Of a DNA stretch of 64,000 nucleotides, positions 1 to 9,222 are shown one piece after another. The translations under genes were made by a program, and so were the position numbers. The stretch is from an uncultured archaeon (GTDB lineage: Archaea > Thermoproteota > Bathyarchaeia > Bathyarchaeales > Bathycorpusculaceae), in the NCBI GenBank assembly GCA_963810275.1, contig CAWENF010000021.1:1-64000 (forward strand), in the 5' to 3' direction. The notes under the pieces were generated by a model. The model saw only the letters and a list, made by a program, of their open reading frames with translations, had not been told where the DNA came from and made no database searches. The stretch's first letter is position 1, and every line of letters starts with the position of its first letter.

Positions 1-22
1 GGTTCGAATCCTGCCCGTAGCA
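1..22 (+). tRNA. 3' end of a tRNA (T-arm and acceptor strand), truncated by the window start; identity unknown
   Basis: GGTTCGAATCCTGC T-loop/stem followed by CCGTAGC-A; the anticodon lies outside the window. Confidence 0.75.
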
Positions 23-555
23 CTTCTGACCTATTTTTTGAAGCAGCCGGCAAACTGCCATAAAGCGTTATCAACTGGGGCGACTTTGCAGTGATTGCTG
101 CAAAAAAAGCAACCTCGAAAGAACAACAACAAACAAAATATTTTCTCTGTTGTTGTTCTACCCAAAAGCTGCTTGTTTAGGAAAGAAGAAAACAATAATT
201 TCTGTGGGTTCGATGGGATTTAGCCCTCATATGAGGTCGAAACCATATTTGAAGAGTCAATCAGAAATCGAGTTGAAAGATCCCTGTCAAGCATCTTTTT
301 CAACACGTTATTTGTCTGGATATTTGACATTGGGTTTGAACTTTTTTATTGGCGCAGAGTTGATTCGTACGATACAGATAGGACTTATGAAGAATTTATT
401 TTACTTATCTTAGTTATCTTTAGTCGAGGTCTTTTACTTTAATTTTACATTTAGAAGAGCGATGGCATGGTGAGCATGATACAGAATAATTATTGTCAAA
501 CCTTTTTGGTATTGGCCTAGCAATGGGGCTCGCAACCTTTAGGGTCGTTCAAAGG

Positions 556-1665
556 TTACCCGATTAAAGTTCTTATAACCGGCACTTTCTTGCATGCCAG
601 CACAATTCCCAAGCTAATAAACAGCGACAGAGCAGTTAGCAGGGGAATTTCTATAGGCGCTGGAATTTCAGTTAAGCTGATTTTGAGGCCTAAAAGTCCT
701 TGATTGAATGTTTCGATAATGATTACATGCATGAAATAGATCGGTAGGGTGTTGGTGCTAATCGCTTTGATTACTCTGGCGATTTTGGGGTGACTACTTT
801 GGGCCCAATTTACAGTATATCTACTCAAATAAAGGTAGAGCCCCGCTGAGCTCACCACGACTCCTACGGCGGTGTAGACTGTGAAGAAAAAGTATTCACC
901 AAAACCAGTGAGCACAAAGCACATTGTGTATAAGCCGGCAAGCGTCATGAGAAAACCAGCAGCGAGAGCAATTTTTGCAGTTTTTGTTGAAATCTTTGTG
1001 CCCATTAGATAGGTACCCAGAATAAAGTAACCGAGGAAGCCGCCGAAAACGAAAAAATCTACTGAAATCTGTAGCCCTGTCAGCAGGTGTAGCAGCGGCA
1101 CCAAGGCAACTCCCACAAACCACAAAATTGCCATGTATCTCAGAATACGTCGATCAGCATGCGCCACTAGCACACGAAGAATCGGTGTGATGAGGTAGAG
1201 TCCTATGATTAGGTAAATGAACCAGAACTGTTTATAGGCACCCCCATTAAGCAGTTCTTCGAGGATGCCGTAGGGGGTTAGCGCTACGTGATTAATGAAG
1301 GCATTCCAGGCGAAGTAGATGACACTCCAGAATACAAATGCAACTGCGATACGACTAAGGCGTTTTTTTAAGAACACGATGATGGGTTCATGTGTCTTCT
1401 CGGGTCGCAGAAGTAATGCTCCGCTTAACATCACAAACAGCGGCACACCCATCACCGCTAGTGAGAGAAAGGTAGCGTTGCTCCACCAGTAAACAAAGTA
1501 CTGTGTGCCTGTCATAGTTTGTGTGGCGGGTTCGTTGACGACATGGTAGAGCAGCACAAGAGTTATAGCTACAGTTCTTATGAGATCCACTGGTAGCGGG
1601 AACTTGCCGTTTGATGAGTTTTGGGTTGTTTGGATAGTGCCAGCCTCTGGGTTAGGGCTAAGCAT
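556..1665 (-). CDS. Acyltransferase_3 family membrane O-acyltransferase (WecH-like)
   Basis: DLIRTVAITLVLLYH, VPLFVMLSGALL, WFIYLIIGLYL and IYFMH motifs; about 10 TM helices. Confidence 0.85.
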   Translation of the reverse strand: MLSPNPEAGTIQTTQNSSNGKFPLPVDLIRTVAITLVLLYHVVNEPATQTMTGTQYFVYWWSNATFLSLAVMGVPLFVMLSGALLLRPEKTHEPIIVFLKKRLSRIAVAFVFWSVIYFAWNAFINHVALTPYGILEELLNGGAYKQFWFIYLIIGLYLITPILRVLVAHADRRILRYMAILWFVGVALVPLLHLLTGLQISVDFFVFGGFLGYFILGTYLMGTKISTKTAKIALAAGFLMTLAGLYTMCFVLTGFGEYFFFTVYTAVGVVVSSAGLYLYLSRYTVNWAQSSHPKIARVIKAISTNTLPIYFMHVIIIETFNQGLLGLKISLTEIPAPIEIPLLTALSLFISLGIVLACKKVPVIRTLIG

Positions 1666-1988
1666 GATTTTTGATGATGCCTATAATCTTTACTAAAAAA
1701 ACCCTTTGCTTCACCAAGAAGTAAACCAATTGGAATAGAAGAACAAGTGAGATCCTGGATTGATTTCTGGTATATGTGGACACTTTCGTTTAGTTTTTCC
1801 ACATTTGCATTCGCATGCTCAACTACTATTTGCTTTTGCTAATTCCGGGGCGAATGGCTAACATTGGATGCTTGCAATCTTTTGTGTGGAAATACGTACA
1901 GTTTCCTCAACTTAGGGAGGCTAATGGTTCGGTTGGCTGGGTTTTAACGGACTTAACGGTTTTAATGCTTCTCAAAACACCCGGGCAG

Positions 1989-2909
1989 TTACTTCAATAG
2001 CGTAACAAAATCCTCAACAGCTCTAATCGACCTGCAGTTCATAACGTCCCGAGTATTTTGCACCGTCTTGAAGTCTTTTAGCATCCAAAAAACGTGTTCC
2101 CGCACCTCCTGCGCGGAACCTCTATTCTCAAATTCTCGATACAACTGGATAAAACGTAAAATCTGACGCCTTATGCCCTCGTTGCCCATCTGAGATTTTG
2201 TGGCATCAAAAATCCATGGGCGATCCCTTGCGCCTCTACCGATCATAGCAAATTCGCAGCCGGTGCGCTCCAACATGCGGACAGCTTCGGGGTAGCTTGT
2301 GATGTCGCCGTTAGCCATAACTGGAATGTTGATTTTTTCTTTTATCTGCTTCATGATGGTCCAGTTTACTTTTTTTGCGAGTTTCTGCTCGACTGTTCTG
2401 CCGTGGATGGCTAATGCAGAGGCGCCTGCGGTTTCCAGAAGTTGAGCGACTTTGACGGCGTTTATTTGCTGTGCATCCATACCTATCCGGATTTTAGCTG
2501 TAACGGGTTTGTCGGTTGTTTCTACCATTTTTCGCACGAGACGCTCCAGAAGGGGAAGGTCGGACAATAGATGGGCACCAATGCGTTGCTCTAAGATTTC
2601 TTTTTCGCTGCAGCCAACGTTTAGATCGATTACGTCGGCGAACTCCTCAATGGCTTCAATGCTTTTGACGAGTGAGACTTCGTTGTTGCCGATTAGCTGC
2701 ACACTAACAGGTCGCTCACAATCTTGGATGTTAAGCAGCTCTGCCACTTCGCGATGATTTTTGCTTTCCAGAACTGTTACGTCTATCATTTGAGTGTAGA
2801 TCAGGCTGGCTTTATTTTCCTTGCAAAGCATCCTAAACGCGGTGCAGTTTACTGCAGCCATAGGAGCAAGAACAAAACGTCCAGATATGTCGAGATTCCC
2901 GATTTTCAT
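1989..2909 (-). CDS. dus: tRNA-dihydrouridine synthase
   Basis: LAPMA, DLNVGC (catalytic Cys), TAKIRIG, IHGRT, ANGDI and MIGRGA motifs. Confidence 0.92.
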   Translation of the reverse strand: MKIGNLDISGRFVLAPMAAVNCTAFRMLCKENKASLIYTQMIDVTVLESKNHREVAELLNIQDCERPVSVQLIGNNEVSLVKSIEAIEEFADVIDLNVGCSEKEILEQRIGAHLLSDLPLLERLVRKMVETTDKPVTAKIRIGMDAQQINAVKVAQLLETAGASALAIHGRTVEQKLAKKVNWTIMKQIKEKINIPVMANGDITSYPEAVRMLERTGCEFAMIGRGARDRPWIFDATKSQMGNEGIRRQILRFIQLYREFENRGSAQEVREHVFWMLKDFKTVQNTRDVMNCRSIRAVEDFVTLLK

Positions 2910-3020
2910 GGTATTTTTAGTATTGGTTTAAAGGTAGCCTTTAACTCTTCTGTTCAATCATTGGGTGAAATTTTATTACAGCCAAGAAACATTATGCTGC
3001 TGCTTTGCTTGGTGGCATGG

Positions 3021-3263
3021 TTGGCTAAGTTATTCCTAACAGACGAAGAGAGGAGACGCCTAAAAGCGGTGGCTCTTGAGCTAAAAGCAATCCGCAAACT
3101 CATAGACTCTCTCGCTGAAGCCACTGTTAACCTAAGCGACAAAGAATTCCTTAAGGCGTTTAGCCAAATGCAGGAAGTTGACTTGACCGAAAGCGAACTG
3201 GAACACCATGAAGAGAAAATGCAAAGGCACCTATACAACGCTAAAAAAGCGTTTAAACTGTAG
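3021..3263 (+). CDS. Small helical hypothetical protein
   Basis: 3' part of ORF 2724..3263; TTG at 3021 after a GGTGG SD-like motif; charged helical composition. Confidence 0.5.
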   Translation: MAKLFLTDEERRRLKAVALELKAIRKLIDSLAEATVNLSDKEFLKAFSQMQEVDLTESELEHHEEKMQRHLYNAKKAFKL

Positions 3264-3452
3264 CTTTAATATAAAAGCAAATAATGCACACGCAGCCATA
3301 GATTAATTTGCTTTGTTATGCACAACAAAGTTAATACATTACCACCTACGTTAGCGTATGAGACAAGTAAGCTGTTTCTATATAGTTGACAGACAACTAC
3401 AATCAAACACTTAATTGGATACTATAAACTACAATATTTAGGAGGAAAACAA

Positions 3453-3635
3453 ATGGAAAACATGAACACAGCATCGATACTGTTCCATTGCCCACAATGC
3501 AAAGAGAACTTTGAATTCGACGCAATCGGAAAAAATGAATTCGTTCCTTGCCCAGTCTGTGGAACACAATACGTAACCGTTCAAGCAGGCAGCAAGTTAA
3601 AGCTTGAAGCAATAGAGCAAACATTGATGTATTAA
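3453..3635 (+). CDS. LysW-like zinc-ribbon protein lacking the C-terminal EDWGE
   Basis: CPQC...CPVCG spacing as in LysW; AGGAGG SD upstream. Confidence 0.65.
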   Translation: MENMNTASILFHCPQCKENFEFDAIGKNEFVPCPVCGTQYVTVQAGSKLKLEAIEQTLMY

Positions 3636-3789
3636 AAAGCCAGCATAGGGCCAAAACCTACTGTCTGATGCTCCACCATTTTTTGTACTTTAATCAATAT
3701 TATTTTTTAGAAATAAATAGAAACTAACCAAACTTAGCTTTGGCTCTAATGTCAGGAAACATGTAGCTTAACGTCTTTGATGCGTTGTA

Positions 3790-3960
3790 CATCAACACTT
3801 CAGAGGCACACATCCGCGCAGGCGCGTCGAATCTGAGCAATCTCCTCGCTAGAAGGCAAATCAATCCCTCGAATCTATGCGAAGATAGCAGCGTCATTCA
3901 CAACGCAGACCCCTAAACGCTTAGCGATTCTAACGACTTCCACCAGATGCTCCGAATGCA
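3790..3960 (-). pseudogene. Possible fragment of a PLP-dependent (SelA-like fold I) enzyme
   Basis: Minus frame reads EHLVEVVRIAKRLGVCVVNDAAIFA*...ACADVCL*SVD with in-frame stops, resembling the 'hAhehgvpvivDAA...GADlv.fS.dK' pattern; boundaries approximate. Confidence 0.3.
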
Positions 3961-4117
3961 CAGAAAATAAATCTGAACAAACGAAACTGCACGCCCTGAA
4001 TCTGCAAATAAAAAACTAACGACCACAAACGTACTCTCCAACAAAAACAAATACCCTCGAAAAATAGCAAAATACAAAATAACACAGGAACCCAAACATA
4101 ACATGAGACAAACCAAA

Positions 4118-5896
4118 ATGGCAACTCAAGTAACATGGAACCTAACCGAGCTCTACCAAAAAATAGACGACCCCAAAATCCAGCAAGCCCTTACAGAAAC
4201 TACCCAACTAGCCGACCAATTCGAACAAAAATACCGAGGAAAAATCACCAAACTAAACCCTAAAGGCTTACAAAAATGCCTCCAAGACATCGAAGCCTTC
4301 AACCTAAAAACTTCCGACTTGGGACTCTACTCCAGCCTCACCTTCTCAGCTGACATGACAAACACTAAGATACAGACACTTCACGATAAAGTCGATAAAC
4401 TCGACGTCAAAGTCGGCAAGCAACTTGCATTTTACTCACTTGAACTGGGCAAATTAATCAAACAACAGCCCCAAATCATCGACTATCCAGAATTGGCGAA
4501 TTACCGGCACATGCTTCAACGGGTATTGCGGCGTGTCGAACACCAACTAAGCGAGGTGGAGGAACAGCTTATCATCGAAAAAGACCAGTTCGGCGTTAAC
4601 GCATGGGAAGAGTTGCAAAGTAAATGGCTAAACACTCGCTTTTTTGAAGTCACTGTTTTAGGTGAGAAGAAATCGCTTAGTTACTGTGAAGCTAATGGTT
4701 TGCTGCCTCACCCTGACCGTGCCACCCGTGAATCCGCCTATCGAACAATCTATGGGGGGCTTGGCAAAGACGGTGAAGTGTTCTCGGCAGCCTTACGCAG
4801 TATCTGCAACGACTGGGTGAACGTTTCGAAACGAAGAAAATACGCGTCGCCTATGGAGTCGAGCTTGCTAAACAACGATACACAACTAAACATCATCAGC
4901 AATCTACTTCTATCCGTGGAAGAAGGTGCGGCGTCTTATCGGCGTTACCTCACTATTAAAGCCCGGCTTATGGGTTTGCCAAAGCTGGGTAACCATGACA
5001 TTATAGCGCCCTTGCCCGACGCGCCAGAGCAGAAGTACACTTACGAGCAGGCACAGGAAATAATAACAGAGGCTTACAGCCGCTTCAGTCCCGATTACGC
5101 AAAAGCCGTCAAAGAAATGTTTATGAAAAAACACATTGACGCGGCACCGAGGTTTGGGAAACGAAACGGAGCCTTCTGTGCTAGCCACTACAAAGGCAAA
5201 TCCGCCTATATTCTGCAAAGCTTTAACGGCACCCTAACAGACGTATTCACATTGGCGCACGAGTTGGGTCACGCAACCCACGACTGGTACATGGCTCGCA
5301 GCCAAACCCTTCTCAACACTAATGTACCTTCGGCGGTTGCTGAAACTGCATCGATTTTCAGTGAGTTATTGCTCACTGATTTGATGCTAAGCAGGGCAAA
5401 CTCCGATGCGGAACGCAAGGTGCTACTTTGTTCGGTTTTGGATGAGGCTGGGATGACTGCGTTTCAGGTGACAGCTCGCGTTTGGTTTGAACAGTCGCTC
5501 TACGACGCCATCGAAAAAGGCGAATATCTTGATTACCAAACGATTTGCAAGCTCTGGACTGAGGCGCGCAAACGCATTTATGGGGACGCAGTAGAGTGGC
5601 TGCCGGAGATGGAGGCCGAGTGGGCTATGAAACCACATTATTTTATGGCGAATTACCGCTTCTACAATTACCCTTACGTATATGCGCAGATGTTTGTTTA
5701 TAGTTTGTATGAGCGATACCTTGTTGAGGGAACGAGTTTTGTTTCAAAATTGGTTGCCTTATTGTCGGCTGGGAGTAGCAAGTCGCCTTTGGAGTTGGCA
5801 GCGGATATTGGCTTTGATTTGGCTGCATCCGATTTTTGGAGGGGTGGGGTAAAGGTTTTTGAACGGTTTGTTGGTGATGTTGAGGGCGTTCTCTGA
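4118..5896 (+). CDS. pepF: Oligoendopeptidase F (peptidase M3B)
   Basis: TWNL N-terminus, GKRNGAF, TLAHELGHATH zinc motif, AETAS, FYNYPY; ATG 4118 preferred over 4103. Confidence 0.93.
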   Translation: MATQVTWNLTELYQKIDDPKIQQALTETTQLADQFEQKYRGKITKLNPKGLQKCLQDIEAFNLKTSDLGLYSSLTFSADMTNTKIQTLHDKVDKLDVKVGKQLAFYSLELGKLIKQQPQIIDYPELANYRHMLQRVLRRVEHQLSEVEEQLIIEKDQFGVNAWEELQSKWLNTRFFEVTVLGEKKSLSYCEANGLLPHPDRATRESAYRTIYGGLGKDGEVFSAALRSICNDWVNVSKRRKYASPMESSLLNNDTQLNIISNLLLSVEEGAASYRRYLTIKARLMGLPKLGNHDIIAPLPDAPEQKYTYEQAQEIITEAYSRFSPDYAKAVKEMFMKKHIDAAPRFGKRNGAFCASHYKGKSAYILQSFNGTLTDVFTLAHELGHATHDWYMARSQTLLNTNVPSAVAETASIFSELLLTDLMLSRANSDAERKVLLCSVLDEAGMTAFQVTARVWFEQSLYDAIEKGEYLDYQTICKLWTEARKRIYGDAVEWLPEMEAEWAMKPHYFMANYRFYNYPYVYAQMFVYSLYERYLVEGTSFVSKLVALLSAGSSKSPLELAADIGFDLAASDFWRGGVKVFERFVGDVEGVL

Positions 5897-6163
5897 CAGC
5901 AAATCAAAAGGCGTTAGTTTATTTTGAAAATTCAAAATTCTATTTATGTGAAGCCATCGATCAGGCATAAGCAGCCCGGTGTAGACTAAAAACAAGCAAT
6001 TTGAAAAAGTTAAATTTTGGTTATCCAAGATGAATACGGAAAACCCTGCCACCGGTTTATAATAAAATTAAAATGCTTTGTTTGAAACAAAAATGAGAGA
6101 CAAAGCAGACAAAAACAATAGAGGCTTAAAGTAAAACAAAATTGGGCTAAAAAACGCCCGAGT

Positions 6164-6673
6164 TTATTTTTTCTCGTTCTTTTCTTCTTTTTCTTGGAAG
6201 AGTTTCTTAATAGCGCTAATTCTGGCTTTCTGCGCTAGTGTATCACTTGTCACGATGGTTAAGGCTTCTTCGGGGCACCATTTGACACATTGAGGCCCCT
6301 CAGGGTTTTCCTTGCATAAGTCGCAGACGTAGACCACTTTAGTTTCTGGGTGCAGCATCATAGCGCCGTAATCGCATGCTTCGATACACCAACCACAGCC
6401 GTTGCATTTGTCTGGGTCTAAGACTATGTTGCCAGTATCTTCAGCTTGTGAGAGAGCATTGCGCGGGCAGGCCGCTACACAGGCAGGATCTTCGCATAGA
6501 CGACAGGTGACGGCCATGTTGGCCAACTGATTAACACGAACCAAGCGGATGCGGGATTTGAGAGGGTTGAAGGCTTTTTCTTTGTTCATGGAGCAAGCGT
6601 ATTCGCAGATTTGGCAGCCGACACATTTCTCAGGGTCGGCAGATATGAATTTTCTTTGGTGAATCTTTACCAT
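6164..6673 (-). CDS. 4x[4Fe-4S] ferredoxin-like subunit of AOR (copy 1)
   Basis: CxxCxxCxxxC motifs (CVGCQICEYAC, CNGCGWCIEAC); directly downstream of AOR. Confidence 0.9.
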   Translation of the reverse strand: MVKIHQRKFISADPEKCVGCQICEYACSMNKEKAFNPLKSRIRLVRVNQLANMAVTCRLCEDPACVAACPRNALSQAEDTGNIVLDPDKCNGCGWCIEACDYGAMMLHPETKVVYVCDLCKENPEGPQCVKWCPEEALTIVTSDTLAQKARISAIKKLFQEKEEKNEKK

Positions 6674-6677
6674 TGCA

Positions 6678-8531
6678 TTACGCCTCTTCTTTTACTATAT
6701 CTTTGAATTCTCCGAGCCCGAGTTGGTCGAGTTTTTTAGCTGGAGGTTTTCCTTCGACAGTCCATCCGCGGGCCTGATAATAGTCGTCAATCATGAGGTC
6801 AAGTTCGTCTTGGGTAACAACTGCACCTTTAACTGGTCCGTCGTCAGGTATGGGTGTGTTCATGACTTTCCAGGGCAGAGTATCGTCGTTTCTACCTAAG
6901 CCTTCGCGGAGGTTGATGAGTTTAGCTAAATTAATTATCCTTTCGGCGGCAACTGCGAGTTCTGCTGGAGTTACTTCAAGTCCTGTGACGGCCCCATAGA
7001 GTTTAGCCATATCTTCAAGTTCATGGTAGAATGTGGATCGAGCATTCTTGCACACAATAAGCGAATCGATCAATGCAAATATGTCTTCATTTTCTTTAAC
7101 CAACTGACCTCTACCGCGCTCGGCTTTTAATCGGTCAACTTTGCCCTTAAGGTCCAAGGCGTAAGCGCCACTGCGGTTGTGATCTGCGCCACGGAAGGAA
7201 ACCGCTGCAGCCAAGGCTGCAGTCTTTAAGGAACGCAAGTCGTAACCGGTAACTTCTAAGCCCTTAATGTGCTGGGCATACTTTGCGGAGTCTTTGTCAA
7301 TCTTTTCAGCGGCTATTTTAACCCCGTCTGCGAGTGTCTCGCCGATGCCTTCACGCTTACCAATTTTCTCAATCAACTGTATAACTGCGTCAGCGTTTCC
7401 AAAATGTGCATCTACGCCATTGAGTTGCTCGTGGCTCAGCAAGCCCTGTTCATGGCAGTCCATCAAGAATGCTATGGCAACGCCTGTACTTTGTGCATCC
7501 AGCCCGTAGAAGTTACAGAGTTCAGCAGCCTTAATTATGTAGTCGGGTTTGTCAACTCCGACATTAGGACCAAATGCCCACAGATTGTCGTATTCGATGC
7601 GAGCCATGGTTCCTTTGAAGGGCCCTTCTTTGACGAGTGCTTCGTGTTCGCAACGCATAGCGCATGAGTTGCAGGCAATAATTTTTTGGATGAAACGTTC
7701 GTTTATTTCTTCGGCGCTGATTTTTGGTGCATCATCGAAATGTGAGGTGGCGTAGTTACGGGTTGGCATGCAGGAGAGATCGTTATTAATGTTTAAGTTC
7801 TCAACTGTGCCCATTGTGCGGTACTTCTGAGAGGCGGGTCCCTTCATGCGTTCATGGAATTCTTTAACCATATCCATAAACACGTCGGGTTTAGCGACGA
7901 CGATGTCGTGTGTACCTCTGACTGCGATGGCTTTTAGATTTTTGCTGCCCATAACAGCTCCTAAGCCTGTCCTTCCGGCTGCACGAGTTTTATCGTTAAT
8001 TATACATGCAATTTTAGATTGCTTCTCGCCTGCCAAGCCGATAGATGCAACTCTAACGTAGTAATCGCCGATTTCGTCTTTAATGGCATCCTCGGTTTCC
8101 CAGGGTGACCTACCCCAGATGCTTTCTGCGTCCAGAAGCTGAACAGAGTTGTCGTCTATCCAGAGGTAAACGGGTTTCTCTGCTTTGCCGGTGAAGACCA
8201 CGGCGTCGTAGCCTGCGCGTTTTAGTTCTGCGCCGAATGTGCCGTGGCTAACTGCCTCACCTACACCGCCTGTTGCGGGCGATTTTGAAATGAAGGCGTG
8301 TCCGTTCCCGCCGGTTGGGAACATGGTTCCTGAAACGGGCCCCAAAGCGAGTATAAGCGGGTTTTCTGGGCTTAGCGGGTCTACGCCTGCCTTTGAGTTG
8401 GATAAGTAGAGCTTCATTCCCAGACCGATTCCGCCAATGTATTTCTTTGCGGTTTCTTCGGTCAGTTTCTCAGTGCGGGTTTTGCCGTTGGTTAAATCTA
8501 CATACAATATTGTTCCTGCGTAACCGAGCAA
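6678..8531 (-). CDS. aor: Tungsten aldehyde:ferredoxin oxidoreductase family protein (copy 1)
   Basis: KSPATG, GRTGLGAVMGSKNLKAI, CxxCxxxC (CNSCAMRC), DSLIVC and DYYQARGW motifs. Confidence 0.93.
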   Translation of the reverse strand: MLGYAGTILYVDLTNGKTRTEKLTEETAKKYIGGIGLGMKLYLSNSKAGVDPLSPENPLILALGPVSGTMFPTGGNGHAFISKSPATGGVGEAVSHGTFGAELKRAGYDAVVFTGKAEKPVYLWIDDNSVQLLDAESIWGRSPWETEDAIKDEIGDYYVRVASIGLAGEKQSKIACIINDKTRAAGRTGLGAVMGSKNLKAIAVRGTHDIVVAKPDVFMDMVKEFHERMKGPASQKYRTMGTVENLNINNDLSCMPTRNYATSHFDDAPKISAEEINERFIQKIIACNSCAMRCEHEALVKEGPFKGTMARIEYDNLWAFGPNVGVDKPDYIIKAAELCNFYGLDAQSTGVAIAFLMDCHEQGLLSHEQLNGVDAHFGNADAVIQLIEKIGKREGIGETLADGVKIAAEKIDKDSAKYAQHIKGLEVTGYDLRSLKTAALAAAVSFRGADHNRSGAYALDLKGKVDRLKAERGRGQLVKENEDIFALIDSLIVCKNARSTFYHELEDMAKLYGAVTGLEVTPAELAVAAERIINLAKLINLREGLGRNDDTLPWKVMNTPIPDDGPVKGAVVTQDELDLMIDDYYQARGWTVEGKPPAKKLDQLGLGEFKDIVKEEA

Positions 8532-8576
8532 CCATGTCTCCCTCTGATAATGGTAGGATAGTTATTTCAGGTGAAT

Positions 8577-8594
8577 AGTATATTAAGCTAATGG
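8577..8594 (-). promoter_or_regulatory. TATA-containing promoter element of AOR operon 1
   Basis: AGTATATTAAGCTAATGG, identical to 11111-11128 and about 46 nt upstream of the AOR start; reads TTAATATA on the minus strand. Confidence 0.7.
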
Positions 8595-8720
8595 GTTAAG
8601 GTTAGAATAATTCACGTGATTGAATTCTCTTCCATCTAACTCGGCAATACATCAAAGTAAACATCGATTTAGATGCAACAACTAACCTGCTTTGAAAAAT
8701 TGACAGAAGAAGAGGGATTA

Positions 8721-9218
8721 TTATGTTCCGGCATTGTCCTGGAACAGTTTCTTTATGGCGTTAAGCCTTGCTTTCTGAGCTAAAACGTCACTTGTCACAA
8801 CAGTAATAGCTTCTTCGGGGCACCATTTTACGCATTGTGGACCATCAGGCTTAAACTGGCACAGATCACACACATACACTGTTTTGGTTTCAGGATGCAT
8901 CATCATACAACCGTAGCTGCAAGCCTCGATACACCAGCCACATCCGTTACATTGCTCTTTGTCGACAATGATATTTCCTGTTTCAGGTGACTGCGAAAGC
9001 GCATCTCGGGGGCAAGCTGCGACGCATGCGGGATCTTGGCATTTTCTGCATGTTAAAGCAAGGTTTTTGGTTTGTTTGGATCTGATAACGCGTATACGGG
9101 ATTTGACTGCATTGAAGGTTTTTTCGTGGGTGTAGCTGCAGGCGTACTCGCAGGTTTGGCAGCCGACGCATTTGTCTGAGTCAACAGAGATGAATTTTCG
9201 GTTATGAATAGATACCAT
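8721..9218 (-). CDS. 4x[4Fe-4S] ferredoxin-like subunit of AOR (copy 2)
   Basis: Paralog of 6164..6673 with the same Cys motifs. Confidence 0.9.
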   Translation of the reverse strand: MVSIHNRKFISVDSDKCVGCQTCEYACSYTHEKTFNAVKSRIRVIRSKQTKNLALTCRKCQDPACVAACPRDALSQSPETGNIIVDKEQCNGCGWCIEACSYGCMMMHPETKTVYVCDLCQFKPDGPQCVKWCPEEAITVVTSDVLAQKARLNAIKKLFQDNAGT

Positions 9219-9222
9219 GCTT

